Assembly (NCBI RefSeq): GCF_004010195.1
Contig: NC_057711.1
Coordinates: forward strand, 76,587,817 to 76,651,816
Length of the DNA stretch: 64,000 bases
From: Chiloscyllium plagiosum
Taxonomy: Eukaryota
Direction: 5' to 3'
Part shown: positions 25,076 to 37,759 of the stretch, one piece after another
How the letters are laid out: every line of letters starts with the position of its first letter
Position numbering within the stretch: position 1 is the first letter of the stretch
Position numbers and translations under genes: made by a program
The notes under the pieces: model-generated
The model's database searches: none
What the model saw: only the letters and a program-made list of their open reading frames with translations
What the model was told of the DNA's origin: nothing

Positions 25076-27284
25076 TGCTCCCAGCCTTGCAGAAAATGAT
25101 GATCACACTTCCAATTCTTTTATTCCTCAGTACCTCAACTGAAGTCCTACTTCTATTTTTTCTCTAGTAAAGACACAATTCCCTTGACCTCCAACTCCCA
25201 CCCATTTCTCCATTTCCTCTCTCCTTTCTCAATTCTCAACCATCTGTCAACTCTTGAGCCTCAATGCTGACACACCTTAATTCTCAACTGCTACTGACTG
25301 GTAAGTTCTGATGCTCCCCTGTTCTGCTAGTAGTAGCTTTTTGTGGGTGAGGAGGGTAATGTCGTGGTGGCATTGGGTAGGGAACAGGAAGTGTGGTGGG
25401 TGAAGAGTGGATAGTGAGTATCAGTATTGCAGAACAAAATGGCAGATAAAGTACAAAGAATTTCTGAATTACGTGCAGCAGAAAATGCAAAATCCATGGT
25501 ACATTTTAGGACACTTCCCTTAGTGCTGGCAAGCCTGGTTTTTCCCTTGTTGTACCACCCAATTCTAAAGTTAGATTAATTTCCATGAGACATATCATGC
25601 CTAATTAATCTCAGGGCGTATAGAGGCCAGACCATGACATAATGATCCTGTTGAGGTTTCATGGGGTGTTACCAATCAGCTTTGGTAAATTTCCTATTCC
25701 AGTCAAAATAGTAGCTTCTCACCAATATATACACGCCATACAAACTTCTTTTATGTGTTGATTATTTGGTTGCAGGAACAGATAAAAATGTTCCCTACCT
25801 CTTCCAACTATGTGAATTTGTCTAGAATTGGCTTTGCTTCATACGCTTTTCATACATTGTTGATGTGATTGATCTTAATTATTTTGATCTTGGCCAAAAC
25901 ATCTAGAGTTGCTACCAAGCTTGGGTTCCTTGGGTCTGTGTTCCTATTATCTCAATACTTGCTGATGAATAAAATTGCCTTTTGTACCATTCTGTCAACA
26001 TTGAAAACCTACTAAGAATAACCTAATGACACAATTTTCGCCTCATTTTGATATTAAGCATTGATTCTTAACCTGTAAGGGTCGAGACTGTTATATCTCT
26101 AATATTTTTTATAATACCTTGGTTTTCTTTTGTGGAGGAAATTTCTTTGTGATGAGATGTTGCTATAATCTGCAATTTTTAAATTACAGGGTTATAGAAT
26201 GGTCGCAGCACAGAAGAAGGCCATTTGTGTCATTGAAGAAGCAATTCACCTCAAGTCACTCTCCAACTGTCTCTGTATAGCCTTGTAAATTCTTCCTTTT
26301 CGGATAACAAGTACAATCCTCTCTTGAAGAACCTGATTGAGGCAACTTCCACCGCATCTCCAGGCAACGCATTCCAAATTACAGCCACTCATCACATAAA
26401 AACATGTTTCTTTTTACACGCCTGTCAGAGGAATCATGAAACAGTTCCAAGTGGAACCAAATAAAAAGGCACTTGGTCCTGAAATTCTTGCATTAAAAAA
26501 ATTCTGTTTTAAGTTTCAATTGTCAAATGATGTTTTTCAGGGAAAATATGTTTTTACTTCACTGATTGATTATAGAATTCTGACCTACAAAGTTAAGATG
26601 ACCATTACATTGATTACAGTCTGTCAGTGTTGAAATGCATGAGAGTGCGTTTCCTATTTGAAAGGCTATTTTTATGAATTCAAGGCAAAAGAAAACAGTG
26701 CTTGGGATCCTTAGTATAGTGATATTGAGTGAGTTAAATGCCCAGAACCCTCTTAAATTTGAAGAATATTAACAGTTTTCATTTGGAAGAAAAGTAGCCA
26801 TCTACTCCTGTACTACTTTGATTGACAACATATGTTCAGTTTAGAAAATAAAGGGCTATCATGTCCCTTCCATTTTGGTACTCTTTTATTTTCATTTCAC
26901 AGGACTTATTTTTATAATAACTGAGTCTACACGAATGCTTGGCTGAGTTTCAGCACCTTCCAAACCATTTATTAAATCAGGAGGTTTGGCTCACATTTTG
27001 AACAACAATTTTAAGAGGTTATCAAATAGTTACGTCTTTGATGTTCTTTGTGAAGAAGATGCTGATTTGGTTTTATAACAAATTGATCACTTGATATTTA
27101 AATTTAATTAATGTTTTAATTAATAAGAAGCATTTCAGTATGATGTATATTTGAGTGAGAGTTATTTAAGATTTTTAGAAATTTAATTTACTTCCATGTC
27201 CATTTCATAGACTCACACTTGACCATCTGAGACATTTGGTCAGTCACTATGGAAGATACATGGGGGGAGAGGCATAAACATAGT

Positions 27285-28260
27285 ATAGGGCCATGATTGT
27301 ACAATGAGCTGCGTCCCTGTGAGTGGGCCTGGGCATCTGTGGATAGACCAGGCCTCTGTAGAGACTGAATGCCAGTATGTGTGCTGGGGAGTGTGCATTT
27401 GCTGCATTCAGGAGTGGACTCTGACTTCTGGAGTGGACTTTGCCCTGGGGGGGGGGGGGGGTGGACTTCATTTCTGGTGATGGACTCTGCTTTTTGTGCT
27501 GGTTGGTTTTATCACCTACACTGTCTTATGTGTCCCTGGGTCTAGCAGGCCTTACAGTGAGCCAGAAGGCTCATCGGTTCTCCTGAAAGCTGTCACCCTG
27601 AGAGCCGGAGGGTCGGCAGGCCGTCCCATGAACTGAATGGTGAGTAAGCCTTCCAAGGGTTGGACAATGGGTAGGCAATACCAACGCCGGTCATCCTGGG
27701 AGCTGGCCACCCTGAGACTATTGCCCCGAGGAAGAGGTGAGATGGGCTGTCCTAGAGGTGGCCAGAAGGTATGTCAGGGCAGACTAAAAGACAGAGGTAT
27801 GTAGGGGTGGAGCAAGGGCCGGTAGGCGTGGGGACTGTCCTGAGCGCTGTCGTCTCATAGAGTTACAGGCTTGAGCTGTCCTAGAGGTGGCTCGAAGGTG
27901 CGTCAGGGCTGTCCACAGATCAGATGCTATGTCGGAGTGAGCGAGAGCCAGACGGTGCACAGGGGCTCAGCGCTGTCACCCTGGGAAGGTACTGGGGCGG
28001 ACTGTCCTAGAGGTGGCAGGAATCCCCCTCCGATTCTTTTAATCCCTACCCTACTCTTCACGTTTTCAATCACATAGGCATTGCTCTTTGATGCGAAGGG
28101 CACATGACATGGGTGCTGGGGAGGAATAAGCAGTACCACTGTTTGGTGGTAGTGTGGGTGTTTATATATGAAAGCAATATCTAACCAGGAGATAAGAATC
28201 TCCACAGTTGGAGAGTGACTCTGAGCTGGCTAGCCACAACCAGTGTACTGGGGGGAAAAG
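27285..28260. repeat. Unclassified GC-rich interspersed repeat, copy 1
   Basis: 27305-27830 aligns by eye with 30465-30900; internal repeats of CTGTCCTAGAGGTGGC; 28109-28250 aligns with 30000-30175 and partly with 35410-35480. Confidence 0.7.
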
Positions 28261-29994
28261 GTCCCTTGACTGAGAGACATTGTCTTCCTTTTTCTTCTTT
28301 GTTTTTGTGTTTTTAGTTTGTTTTCTTTTCATTCATTGAGCTGTAAAAAATATTATATGTGTGTGTATATACACAGGAGGGGTATGGCTGAATGCCTTCC
28401 CCTCTTCTGCAGTTATGTTTGGACCCGGCTATCCTTAGAGATGCAGCACATGGTGTCTACTAATAGTCTTGGCTTCTTTAGGGAGAGGTGAGCACCGTGG
28501 GGTGGAGTACTTTATTTCTCCCTTCAATTCTATTTTGATTTAGTCCTTACCCTTCCTTTCACCTTTTCACATAAACATTGCTCGCTCTGGGTTTTGCTTG
28601 TCACTGGTTCATTGGCATTGTGAGATTGTGTTCAAATAATGACTGAAATTGGGGAAAATAGCCTCTTATTCAGCAATCACAAGAGCACAAGTTTGAGGTG
28701 TCAGTAGAATCCTGAAATACAGTTCTTACAAGAGCCCCCTTAAACACAGTTCTTACACATATTAAAATTCCATTACTATGATGTTACATTCTTTTATCTG
28801 TAGAACACAAAGGTTTGAGGGGCTTCCATCCTGGAAGCCAGGATTTGGGTTAAAACATCTGCTAAATGCAGGCTGCTACTTCTGATGGGATTAAGAGTGT
28901 CTGACTGGTCTCCTGCATAATTAAGAGATGTTAGTCCTTTTGTCTTTTAAATTAGTAAAAATACTAGGCCTATATGCTCTAAATAAGTTAGCAACTGTAC
29001 AGTCCTTAGTAAAAGAATAAAGGATATTCAATTGATTATCACAGCTGGGTTGTGAGATTTGCTGGTGTGAGTTTCATTCATTGATGCAATTTCATGGAAG
29101 CACTGTTTTGTCAGTTAGTTTCTTAAAGGGATAATGGCCCAGTTAAAAGGTATTTAACAAGTACATGCTAATTGGAGAAACTGTTTGGTGTTCTGTAATC
29201 TATTTCGGTGCAGGCGATTACACAACAGCAGGTTATAGTTCAACAGGTATATTTGGTTATAGTCCAACAGGAAGCACAAGCTTCCAAATAGACCTGTTGG
29301 ACTAAAACCTGCTATTGTGTGATTATTAACTTTGTCCACCCCAGTCTAATACCAGCACCTCCAAGTCATGGGGTCCAGGAGATAGTTGTTTAGGGCTGAT
29401 TAATATTATAATGTTTTGTGGAAACATGATGGCGGGGCTAGTATTGTTCTGTATGATTCAAAGGTAAACCTCTTGTAGCAAGGGCTGATAAGGTGTAAAA
29501 ATGCAGTAATGGGTTTGAAAGGGTTGTTTTGATTAGAAAGAGTTGTTTTAAATTCAGTCTATTTTATGATTGTAAAATATACTACAGAATCGCGATTATA
29601 TGAATGAATGAATGAAACCATGTTTTGTAGGCATCATGTGGAGGAGCCGGTGTTGGACTGGGGTATACAAAGTTAAAAAGCACACAACACCAAGTTACAG
29701 TCCAACAGGTTTATTTGGAAGCACTAGCTTTCAAAGCGCTGCTCCTTCATCAGCGCTATAGTAGAGAGTTATGATTGAATGAAACAGGAACATGATGTTT
29801 GCTTGTGAATGGGAGTTATGAATGAATAGACATAAAGCACCTGTGAGTGAGAATATACAAAGTGCTTGTGAGTTGGTAAGTGAAGGCACCTAGAATACAA
29901 TATCTCACAGCCACCTCGGTGTTGTTCCTGGTGGTGGAGTGTTAATAAAACTACTTTCACTTGGTGTTTTCACTGTATCTTGCACCTACTCACA

Positions 29995-30940
29995 CAAACA
30001 TGGGTGCTGAGGAATATAAACACTACTACTGTAAGGTAGTAGTGTAGGGGAAACAAAAATAATATAATATAGAATCTTCTCAGTCCAGTGGAAAACAGAA
30101 AATATAACCAGGAGATTAGAATCTCCTCCATTTAGGTGACCAGCTTTGAGCTGGCTGGCCAGAGCCAGTGTATTGTTGAGCTTTTATGAGAACTGATTTC
30201 TGAGCTGGCTGGCTACATAGCCAGTGCATACTGTTATGCTTTAGTTCTCATTAGGGAACTGTTGCTTTTTTTCTTTCACTGGCTGGTTGCAGCCTGTGTG
30301 TTACTCTTCTTGTTTTTTGAGCAAGGAAAATGATGATTTTGTGGCAAGGCTTGGCCACTGCATTATGGTACTTAGTGTTTGCACTTTATTTTTGCATGTG
30401 TTTTCACTTTTTTGTGTTTGGACTGAGCCCCTGTGAGTCAGCTGCACCTTTATAAATGGACGGTGTCTCTGTGAGTTGGCCTGGGCCCCTGTGGGTGAAC
30501 TAGGCCTCTGTGGAGACTGACCACACGTGTGTGATGTGAGGTGTTCAATTGTTTCCTTCTGGAGTGGAGTCTGCCTTTGGGTGCTGACTCTGTTTTGGTA
30601 ATGGACTCAGCCTTTTTGATGGTTGTTTCACCTACACTGTATCGTGTGCATCCCTCGTTCTGGCAGGCGTTACTGTGAGCCGGGTGGTGAGTAGGTCATC
30701 CCACAAGCTGTCACCCCCAGAGCCAGAGGATGGGTAAGCTGCCCTGAGAGCAAGACACAGCCATCCCGAGAGCCGGAAGGTGGGTAGGCCGTCCTGAGTG
30801 CCGTTGTCCCAGAGAAGTGTAGAGACGGGCTGCCCTAGAGGTTGCCGGAAGGTGCATAGGAGCGGGCGAGAACCGATGGTGCATTAGAGTGGACCAAGAA
30901 GCTGCAAGGTGGGAGGAGTGGGCTGTTTGCTGGTTTACCA
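29995..30940. repeat. Unclassified modular repeat, copy 2
   Basis: Shares modules with 27285-28260; 30145-30410 aligns with 35113-35362 (GAGCTGGCTGGC..GCCAGTG motif). Confidence 0.7.
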
Positions 30941-30944
30941 GGGA

Positions 30945-31120
30945 CTATACCAAGGCCCTAATTAGTATTGCTGATAAGTCAGCGTCAATATTATTTAAAA
31001 AGGGCTGCCACGCCTTGTAAAACTGTTTTGTTTTATGGTGCACCATATTTGTGAGGTAGTCTTGGGGAGATGCTCCATCACCAGCCTACGCTACCCCATA
31101 AGACCTGGTGGTGTCAGTGT
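30945..31120 (-). mobile_element. L1/Tx1-type ORF2 C-terminal fragment
   Basis: RLVMEHLPQDYLTNMVHHKTKQFYKAWQPFLNNIDADLSAILIRALV-stop; closely similar to 31505-31625. Confidence 0.75.
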
Positions 31121-31317
31121 TATATGCATTGTTTTATCATTTGGTTGATCAGATTTGTTTTGTATGTCTACTGTTTTCTCCACAGGAACTTAAGGTGGGA
31201 TTTGGGATTCTTCTGCATTTCCTTGTAAATTGGGGTTTGGGGTTTGGGGTATGGTTTTGCTGAGAATTGATGTTTATTGTTAACTGTTGACTGTTTTATA
31301 TTTTTGTACAGTTTTTA

Positions 31318-34300
31318 AAAAATAATATTTTTATTGAAAACCTTTTTAAAATCTTTTACGAAACATTTATATACAAAGAAAAGAATAACACCATCAAAAC
31401 AGAAAAAAAGGCAGTACAACAAAGCCATAACACAGTACTATTGTTAATAAGCAACCGACTATTCTACTATTCCCAGTCTCCCCCTCCCGGGGTCCCACAG
31501 ACACCTATACTGATTCCCACGGCTAATATTGCTGATAAGTCAGCGTCTTATAAAACTGTGGTGCACCATATTTGTGAGGTAGTCTTGTGGAGATGCTCCA
31601 TCACCAGCCTACGCTACCCCATGGTGGCTTTTCTAACATCCAATTCAGTAGAATGTTCCTCCTCGTACAATGTTGCACAATCTCTCACCGTGTTCCCCCA
31701 GAGAGGGCAAATTTGGCAACCACAAAAGAATGATCAGATCCACGTTAATTTCAATCCCCAGGATGTCCTTACTATAGAACTCCAGTATCTCTGGATCTTA
31801 CAACATGTCCAGTAGCAGTGTGTGACAGTGCCTATACTAATGTTACATTTGGGACACTCTGATGACACTCCTCTCTTGAACTTAGCTAACATCTCTGGTG
31901 CCATATGAGCCCTGAGTAAGATCTTCAATTGCATGGCCTGCGCTCTATTACATACTGAGATTTTCCTTACATTTGCCTAGATGTCTCCCCATACCTCCAT
32001 GAAATATCCTCTCTTATCTCTCGATTCCACAACCTACAAAGTCCTTCCATGTCCTCCAGAGCACGACCTTTCTGTAAATGATATAAAGTACTGAGTGAAA
32101 GAGCATCTGTACACCAGAGTACTCTTTTCTCCATGTCTGATTTGTAACACTGGACCAGGAGGGTGGTCTTCCTCTGTATATAGTCCCTTATCTGGAAGTA
32201 TCAGAAAAGGTCCCGATTAGACAATCCATATTTCTGGCTTGACTGAGTAAATGACACCAGGATCTCCCCCTCGAATAAATCTCCTAGGCAGAAGATTCCC
32301 TTATTCTCCCATACCTTAAAGCTGGAGTCCATTGCCACAGGTTTAAATCCTTGGGCTCCCACCAATGGGGTAAATGGCAAAGTCTTAGACCAATTGCCCT
32401 CATCTTGCCTCATTATCCTCCAGGCTCTCTCCATATTTAAAATAATTTTGACTTTTACACTGCTGGGTCACGGATTTCATCTTGTCTATAAATAATAAAT
32501 TAATTAAAGGACATCTTGACTGTGAGGCTTCAATATCAAGCCAAATCGACTCCGAATTTCCCCGTACCCAGTCACCAACATATGTTAACAGGGCGCTTAT
32601 TTGATATTTCTTCAACTCGGAAGATCCACCCTCCCTCACCCGCGAAAGTTGTAATTTAGTGAATTTAATTAGAGGATGCCTGTGGCACCAAAGAAAAGAC
32701 CCGAGCCAACCATTGAGCCTCTGTAACACTTGTCTCGGTAACAACAACGGGAGCATCCTTGCGGGGTACAGCAGGTGAGAAAGAGCACTCATCTCAATCA
32801 GGGCAATTCGGCCTAACCATGTTAACAGTAATCTCTCCCACTGTTGCAAATCCTGTTTTATCCTCTCCAGTAGTTGTACATAGTTAACTTTATACAGCGG
32901 GTGGAAGGAAGGGGCAACAAAAATTCCCAAATACAAAAAAACCTTTTGATGACCATCTAAACGGGAATTGCATTCCATCCTTCAGGTTAGGCACCTCCAC
33001 TGATCCCCCTACCGGTATGGCTTCTGATTTTATATAATTGAGCCTGTAACCTGAGAAATCACCATATGAATTAATTGCATGAATCAGTTGAGAAACAGAC
33101 TTCTTCAGATTGGCCAAAAACAAGAGGACGTTGTCAGCATATGGGGTGATCTTATGATCCCCCATTCCCACCTTTGGCGCTACTATTTCAGGATCCCTCC
33201 TGATAGCTTCGGCTAACGGCTCAATCACCAAGGTAAATAACAGCGGTGATAAAGGACACCCTATTGACTACCTAGAGTCCTAGAGAGAGATGTATAGCAT
33301 GGAAACAGACCCTTCGGTCCAACCCGTCCATGCCGACCAGATATCCCAACCCAATCTAGTCCCACCTGCCAGCACCCGGCCCATATCCCTCCAAACCCTT
33401 CCTATTCATATACCCATCCAAATGCCTCTTAAATGTTACAATTGTACCAGCCTCCACCATTTCCTCTGGCAGCTCATTCCATACACATACCACCCTCTGT
33501 GTGTAAATGTTGCCCCGTAGGTCTCTTTTATATCTTTCCCCTCTCACCCTAAACCTATGCCCTNNNNNNNNNNNNNNNNNNNNNNNNNNNNNNNNNNNNN
33601 NNNNNNNNNNNNNNNNNNNNNNNNNNNNNNNNNNNNNNNNNNNNNNNNNNNNNNNNNNNNNNNNNNNNNNNNNNNNNNNNNNNNNNNNNNNNNNNNNNNN
33701 NNNNNNNNNNNNNNNNNNNNNNNNNNNNNNNNNNNNNNNNNNNNNNNNNNNNNNNNNGTGTATAAGTCCTGCTAAGATTTGCTTTCCCAAAATGCAGCAC
33801 CTCGCATTTATCTGAATTAAACTCCATCTGCCACTTCTCAGCCCATTGGCCCATCTGGTCAAGATCCTGTTGTAATCTGAGGTAATCATCTTCGCTGTCC
33901 GCTACACTTCCAATTTTGGTGTCATCTGCAAACTTACTAACTGTACCTCTTATGCTCGCATCCAAATTATTTATGTAAATGACCTCTTCTGATACTAAAG
34001 TTATTTGATTTAATACCATTTGTAATGACTGCCACCTTAGGATCATTATACAGTACTGCTACCCATTTGGCAAAGGATCCCCCCAAACCAAAGCGCTCTA
34101 GGACCTCAAATAGATATAGCCATTCTATCTGATCAAACGCCTTTTCTGCATCTAAGGAGACCACCAAACCCAGAATCAATCTTTGCTGGCATACCTGCAC
34201 TGTGTTCAGTACTCTCCTGATATTGTTGGAGGAGCTATGGCCCTTAACAAAAACCAACTGGTCTTCTTTTATAGTATGGGGCAGGACCTTCTCCAACCTC

Positions 34301-34670
34301 AGAGCCAACATCTTGGATAAAATTTTAAAATCTACATTCAACAGTGAAATTGGTCGATATGAAGCACGTTCTTCGGGGTTTTTCCCTTTCTTTAAAATGA
34401 GGGAGAAATTAGCCTCCCTAAGAGAAGACAGCAGACTGTCCTGTGTATAAGAATTGTTATACATCCCCAGAAGTGGTTCCACCAACATGTTTATGAATTC
34501 CTTATAGAATTCAGTTGGGAATCCATCTGGCCCCGGTGCTTTGCCATCCTGGAGATGCCATATTGTTCCTGCACGTCCTGTACCGTTATACGCGCATTCA
34601 AAAGGGAAGCCTGTTCCGTATTTATATCGAGGAAGTCTAGATTTTCAAAAAAGGACTGCATTCCCATTGT
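31318..34670 (-). mobile_element. L1/Tx1-clade LINE (5'-truncated ORF2, 3' UTR, A-rich tail)
   Basis: KAPGPDGFP, YRPISLLNVDFKILSK, LDAEKAFD, GCPLSPLLF, PYADNVLL, YLGIF, CPKC..GTVTHCYWTC; AATAAA plus A-rich end near 31320-31336; split by a CR1 insertion. Confidence 0.92.
33275..33983 (-). mobile_element. Young CR1 (HER1-like) fragment nested in L1 (contains N gap)
   Basis: YINNLD..VSKFADDTK..WAEKWQMEFN; inserted between the L1 RT segments IRRG and GCPLSP. Confidence 0.9.
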
Positions 34671-34671
34671 A

Positions 34672-35112
34672 CTGGGGTGGAGAAATAAATGGGAGGGGGT
34701 GGGGCTGGGGGTAGGTAGCTGAGAGTGCAGGGTAGAGGAGATGACCTGGGGGTTGCAGTGAGATAGAGACTCACTGAGATTCTCATTTTCGCCCAGTTGA
34801 TTTTAACCTTACTGCGAACCCTCTTGCAAGGATGCCTACCTTGAAGAGGTTCAAGAGGGTTCGCAGTAAAGTTAAAATCAACTGGGCAAAAATGAGAATC
34901 TCAGTAAGTCTCTATCTCACTGCAACCCCCAGGTCATCTCCTCTGCCCTGCACTCTCAGCTACCTTCCCCCCAGCCCCACCACCTCCTATTTATCTCTCC
35001 ACTCCTGAGGCTCCCAGACTCATTCCTAATTAAGGGCCTTTGCCTGAGACGTCGATTTTCCTGCTCCTTGGATGCTGCCTGACCTGCTGTGCTTTTCCAG
35101 CACCACACTCTT
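34672..35112. mobile_element. Fold-back Penelope-like element (family A related)
   Basis: 34672-34830 is inverted at 34855-35005; followed by the terminal repeat GGATGCTGCCTGACCTGCTGTGCTTTTCCAGCACC. Confidence 0.75.
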
Positions 35113-35540
35113 GGCTTTGAGCTGGTTGGCCAGAACCAGTGTGTTACTGTTATTCTTTTTTGAGAACTGACTTCTGAGCTGGCTGGCTATAGCTAGAGAG
35201 TACTGTTGTATTTTAGTTCTCATTAGGGAGCATTTTAAAAAAAATTCACAGGACAGTTGCAGCCTGTGTGTTAGTCTTTTAGTTTTTAAACAAGGACAAT
35301 GATGATTTTGTGGCAAGGCTCGATCTTTGGTGTTTGCACTTCATTTTTGCATGTGTTTTCACCAAAAGAAAAAAAGGAGAGAAGAAAAGGAAAAGGAAAA
35401 AAAGAAATATAATAACCAGGAAATTAGAATCTCCTCAGTTCAGGTAACTATCTTCGTGCTGGCTGGCCACAAATTGTACTGTGCTCAAACAAATAAAGGG
35501 AGACTTGCTGATGGGATTCTGGCCTCTGGACAGTTATTTC
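35113..35540 (+). repeat. Modular repeat copy 3 with an LTR-like 3' end
   Basis: Aligns with 30145-30410; ends AATAAAGGGAGACTTG...GTTATTTCA (polyA signal and terminal CA). Confidence 0.55.
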
Positions 35541-36029
35541 ATATACACAATACTTTTCATGAGCAGGAGCGTAAGTTTGGACTTCTTATTTACAACTCGA
35601 CAGTCTCTGAAGATAAGGCAACAAGAAGTCTCTCAACGTTCCCTGTACAACTTCAATACTAGGTCGGAGATTTGTTTTGTAATGTACAGCTGCAATATTA
35701 AATTTGAACAGCAGGTATCAGTAATATACAGGCAATTATGCACTAAAGCATTATTTGAGTTATCCAATTGTAAATCAAAGTACCTGTGTAATCAAGTCCC
35801 TCAACTGTCTGGACTTAATGTGTTGGAGAACTTCGCCAATGACAATATTGCAAATGGAAAGCATGTTTCATAATGGAGTCAATTGGATTGATTCCAACCA
35901 TCCAAAACTTTGACATGGAAATGCAAAAAAATTTACTTAAAATATTGTTTTTCTTTAAAGATTTTCCAGGAGATAAATAATGCAATAAATGTAGAAATAT
36001 ATAAAATTGGTCACACTGACCCTTATTAA

Positions 36030-37100
36030 GGGGAGTCGATGATCTAGTGGAATTACAAATAGACTGTTAATCCAGAAACTCAGTTGATGTTCTGGGCGCC
36101 AAGGCAGAAGTTGGGATTTGAATTCAAAGGAAAAATATTTGGAATGAAGAATCTACTGATGACTGTGAAACTATTGTCCATTGTCAAACAAACCCATCTG
36201 GTTCACTAACGTCCTTCAGGGAAGGGATCTACCATCCTCACCTGGTTGGCCTATGTGTGACTCCAACCGCCAGCAATGTGTTGACTTTTAACTACCCTCT
36301 GAAATGGCCAAGCAAGTCACTCTGTTGTATCAATCACTACTAACTCTCAACAAAGACATTAAACAGGGTGGACACCTATTGTCGACCTGGGCACCAGAAA
36401 AGACAATGGCAGAAACAGCCCTGTTCACCCTGCAATGTACTCCTTATTAGGATGTGGGGGCTAGTGCTAAAATTGGGAGACCTATTGACAATGGACAATA
36501 GTTTCACAGTCATCAGCAGATGAGTCAAGCAATAGCCTGATATAGTCATACCTTGCAGACAATGTCCCAGACACCACCATCACCATCCCTGGATATGTCC
36601 AGCCCCACCAGCAGGACAGACCCAGCAGAGAGGGTGATACAGTGGTATACATTCAGGAGGGAGTTGCACCGGGAGTCCTCAACATTGACTCCATACACCA
36701 TGAGGTCTCATGGATTCAGATTAAACATGAGCAAGGAAACCTTCTGATTATTACATACTGTGCTCCAACTGCTGGTGAATAGTGATCCTCCATGTTGCTG
36801 AACACTGGAAAAAGAACTAAGGGGAGTTAGGGCCCATAATGCACTCTGGGTGAGAGATTTCAATGTCTGCCACCAAGAGTGGCTCAGCAGCAGCACTCCT
36901 GACTGAGCTGGTCAGGTCCTAAAAGATGTAGCTGCTAGATTTGGTCCAACAAGATGGAAAAATGTACTTGACCTCATCCTTACCAATCTGCCAGCTGCAG
37001 ATTCATCTGAGCATGACAATGTCGATTAGAGAGAGACCATCTCACAGGCCTTGTGGAGATGAAATCCTGCCTTCACATTGAGAATAACCTTCATTGTGTT
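36030..37100 (+). mobile_element. 5' part of an L2/CR1-group LINE (5' UTR plus APE endonuclease)
   Basis: PDIVI..DNVPDTTITIPGYV..QDRPSREGDTVVYIQEG..EVSWIQIK; LWVRDFNV; VLDLILTN. Confidence 0.75.
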
Positions 37101-37759
37101 GTATAAAGAGTAAGTCTATGAGATGGAAGTGGATCTTGATGTAACATTATCTAAAGAGAATATTATTTTTGATTGCTTCACTTTTTGCTTTTGAATTTTG
37201 TAAACTTCTCATTAAGAAACATGAGCAGAACAATGCTTACTTTCATATTTGTATCATAGTGTGTTGCTGTTAATTCTTCAGCTGATCTCATGCAGTCTGC
37301 CATCATTTTAGTATAAAGTGAGCCTTCTATAAGATTTTCCTCACTTCTCTTTACTTTTGTGTAATTTCAACAGTTCTATCAACTCTTCTATATAAAGATC
37401 CACTTGATCGGACTAAAGCAAATCGCCCCACCTGATCTGTGACCAGATCTGTAAATTTGTTTTGAGAACACAATAATCTTGACTACTTCAGGATCCATTT
37501 GGAACCCTGCAAAATTACTCACATCCTCAATCCAACCTTTTTTCTAGCAGGTATTGATAGTTGATTCTCTAACTTCATTTGGTTAGTCCTTAATTAGACC
37601 CATCAATGTAAGGACGTTAAGTTGGGCTTCCAGCAATCATGGACGGTGGTTGAGAGGTTTGCTTCCATGAAGCTGAGAATATGGATGAAACTCTTTTGGG
37701 TCTAGTAGGCCTCGAAGATTTCAATGACCCACTGGTCGGATGAGTGAGGTTTTTAATAT

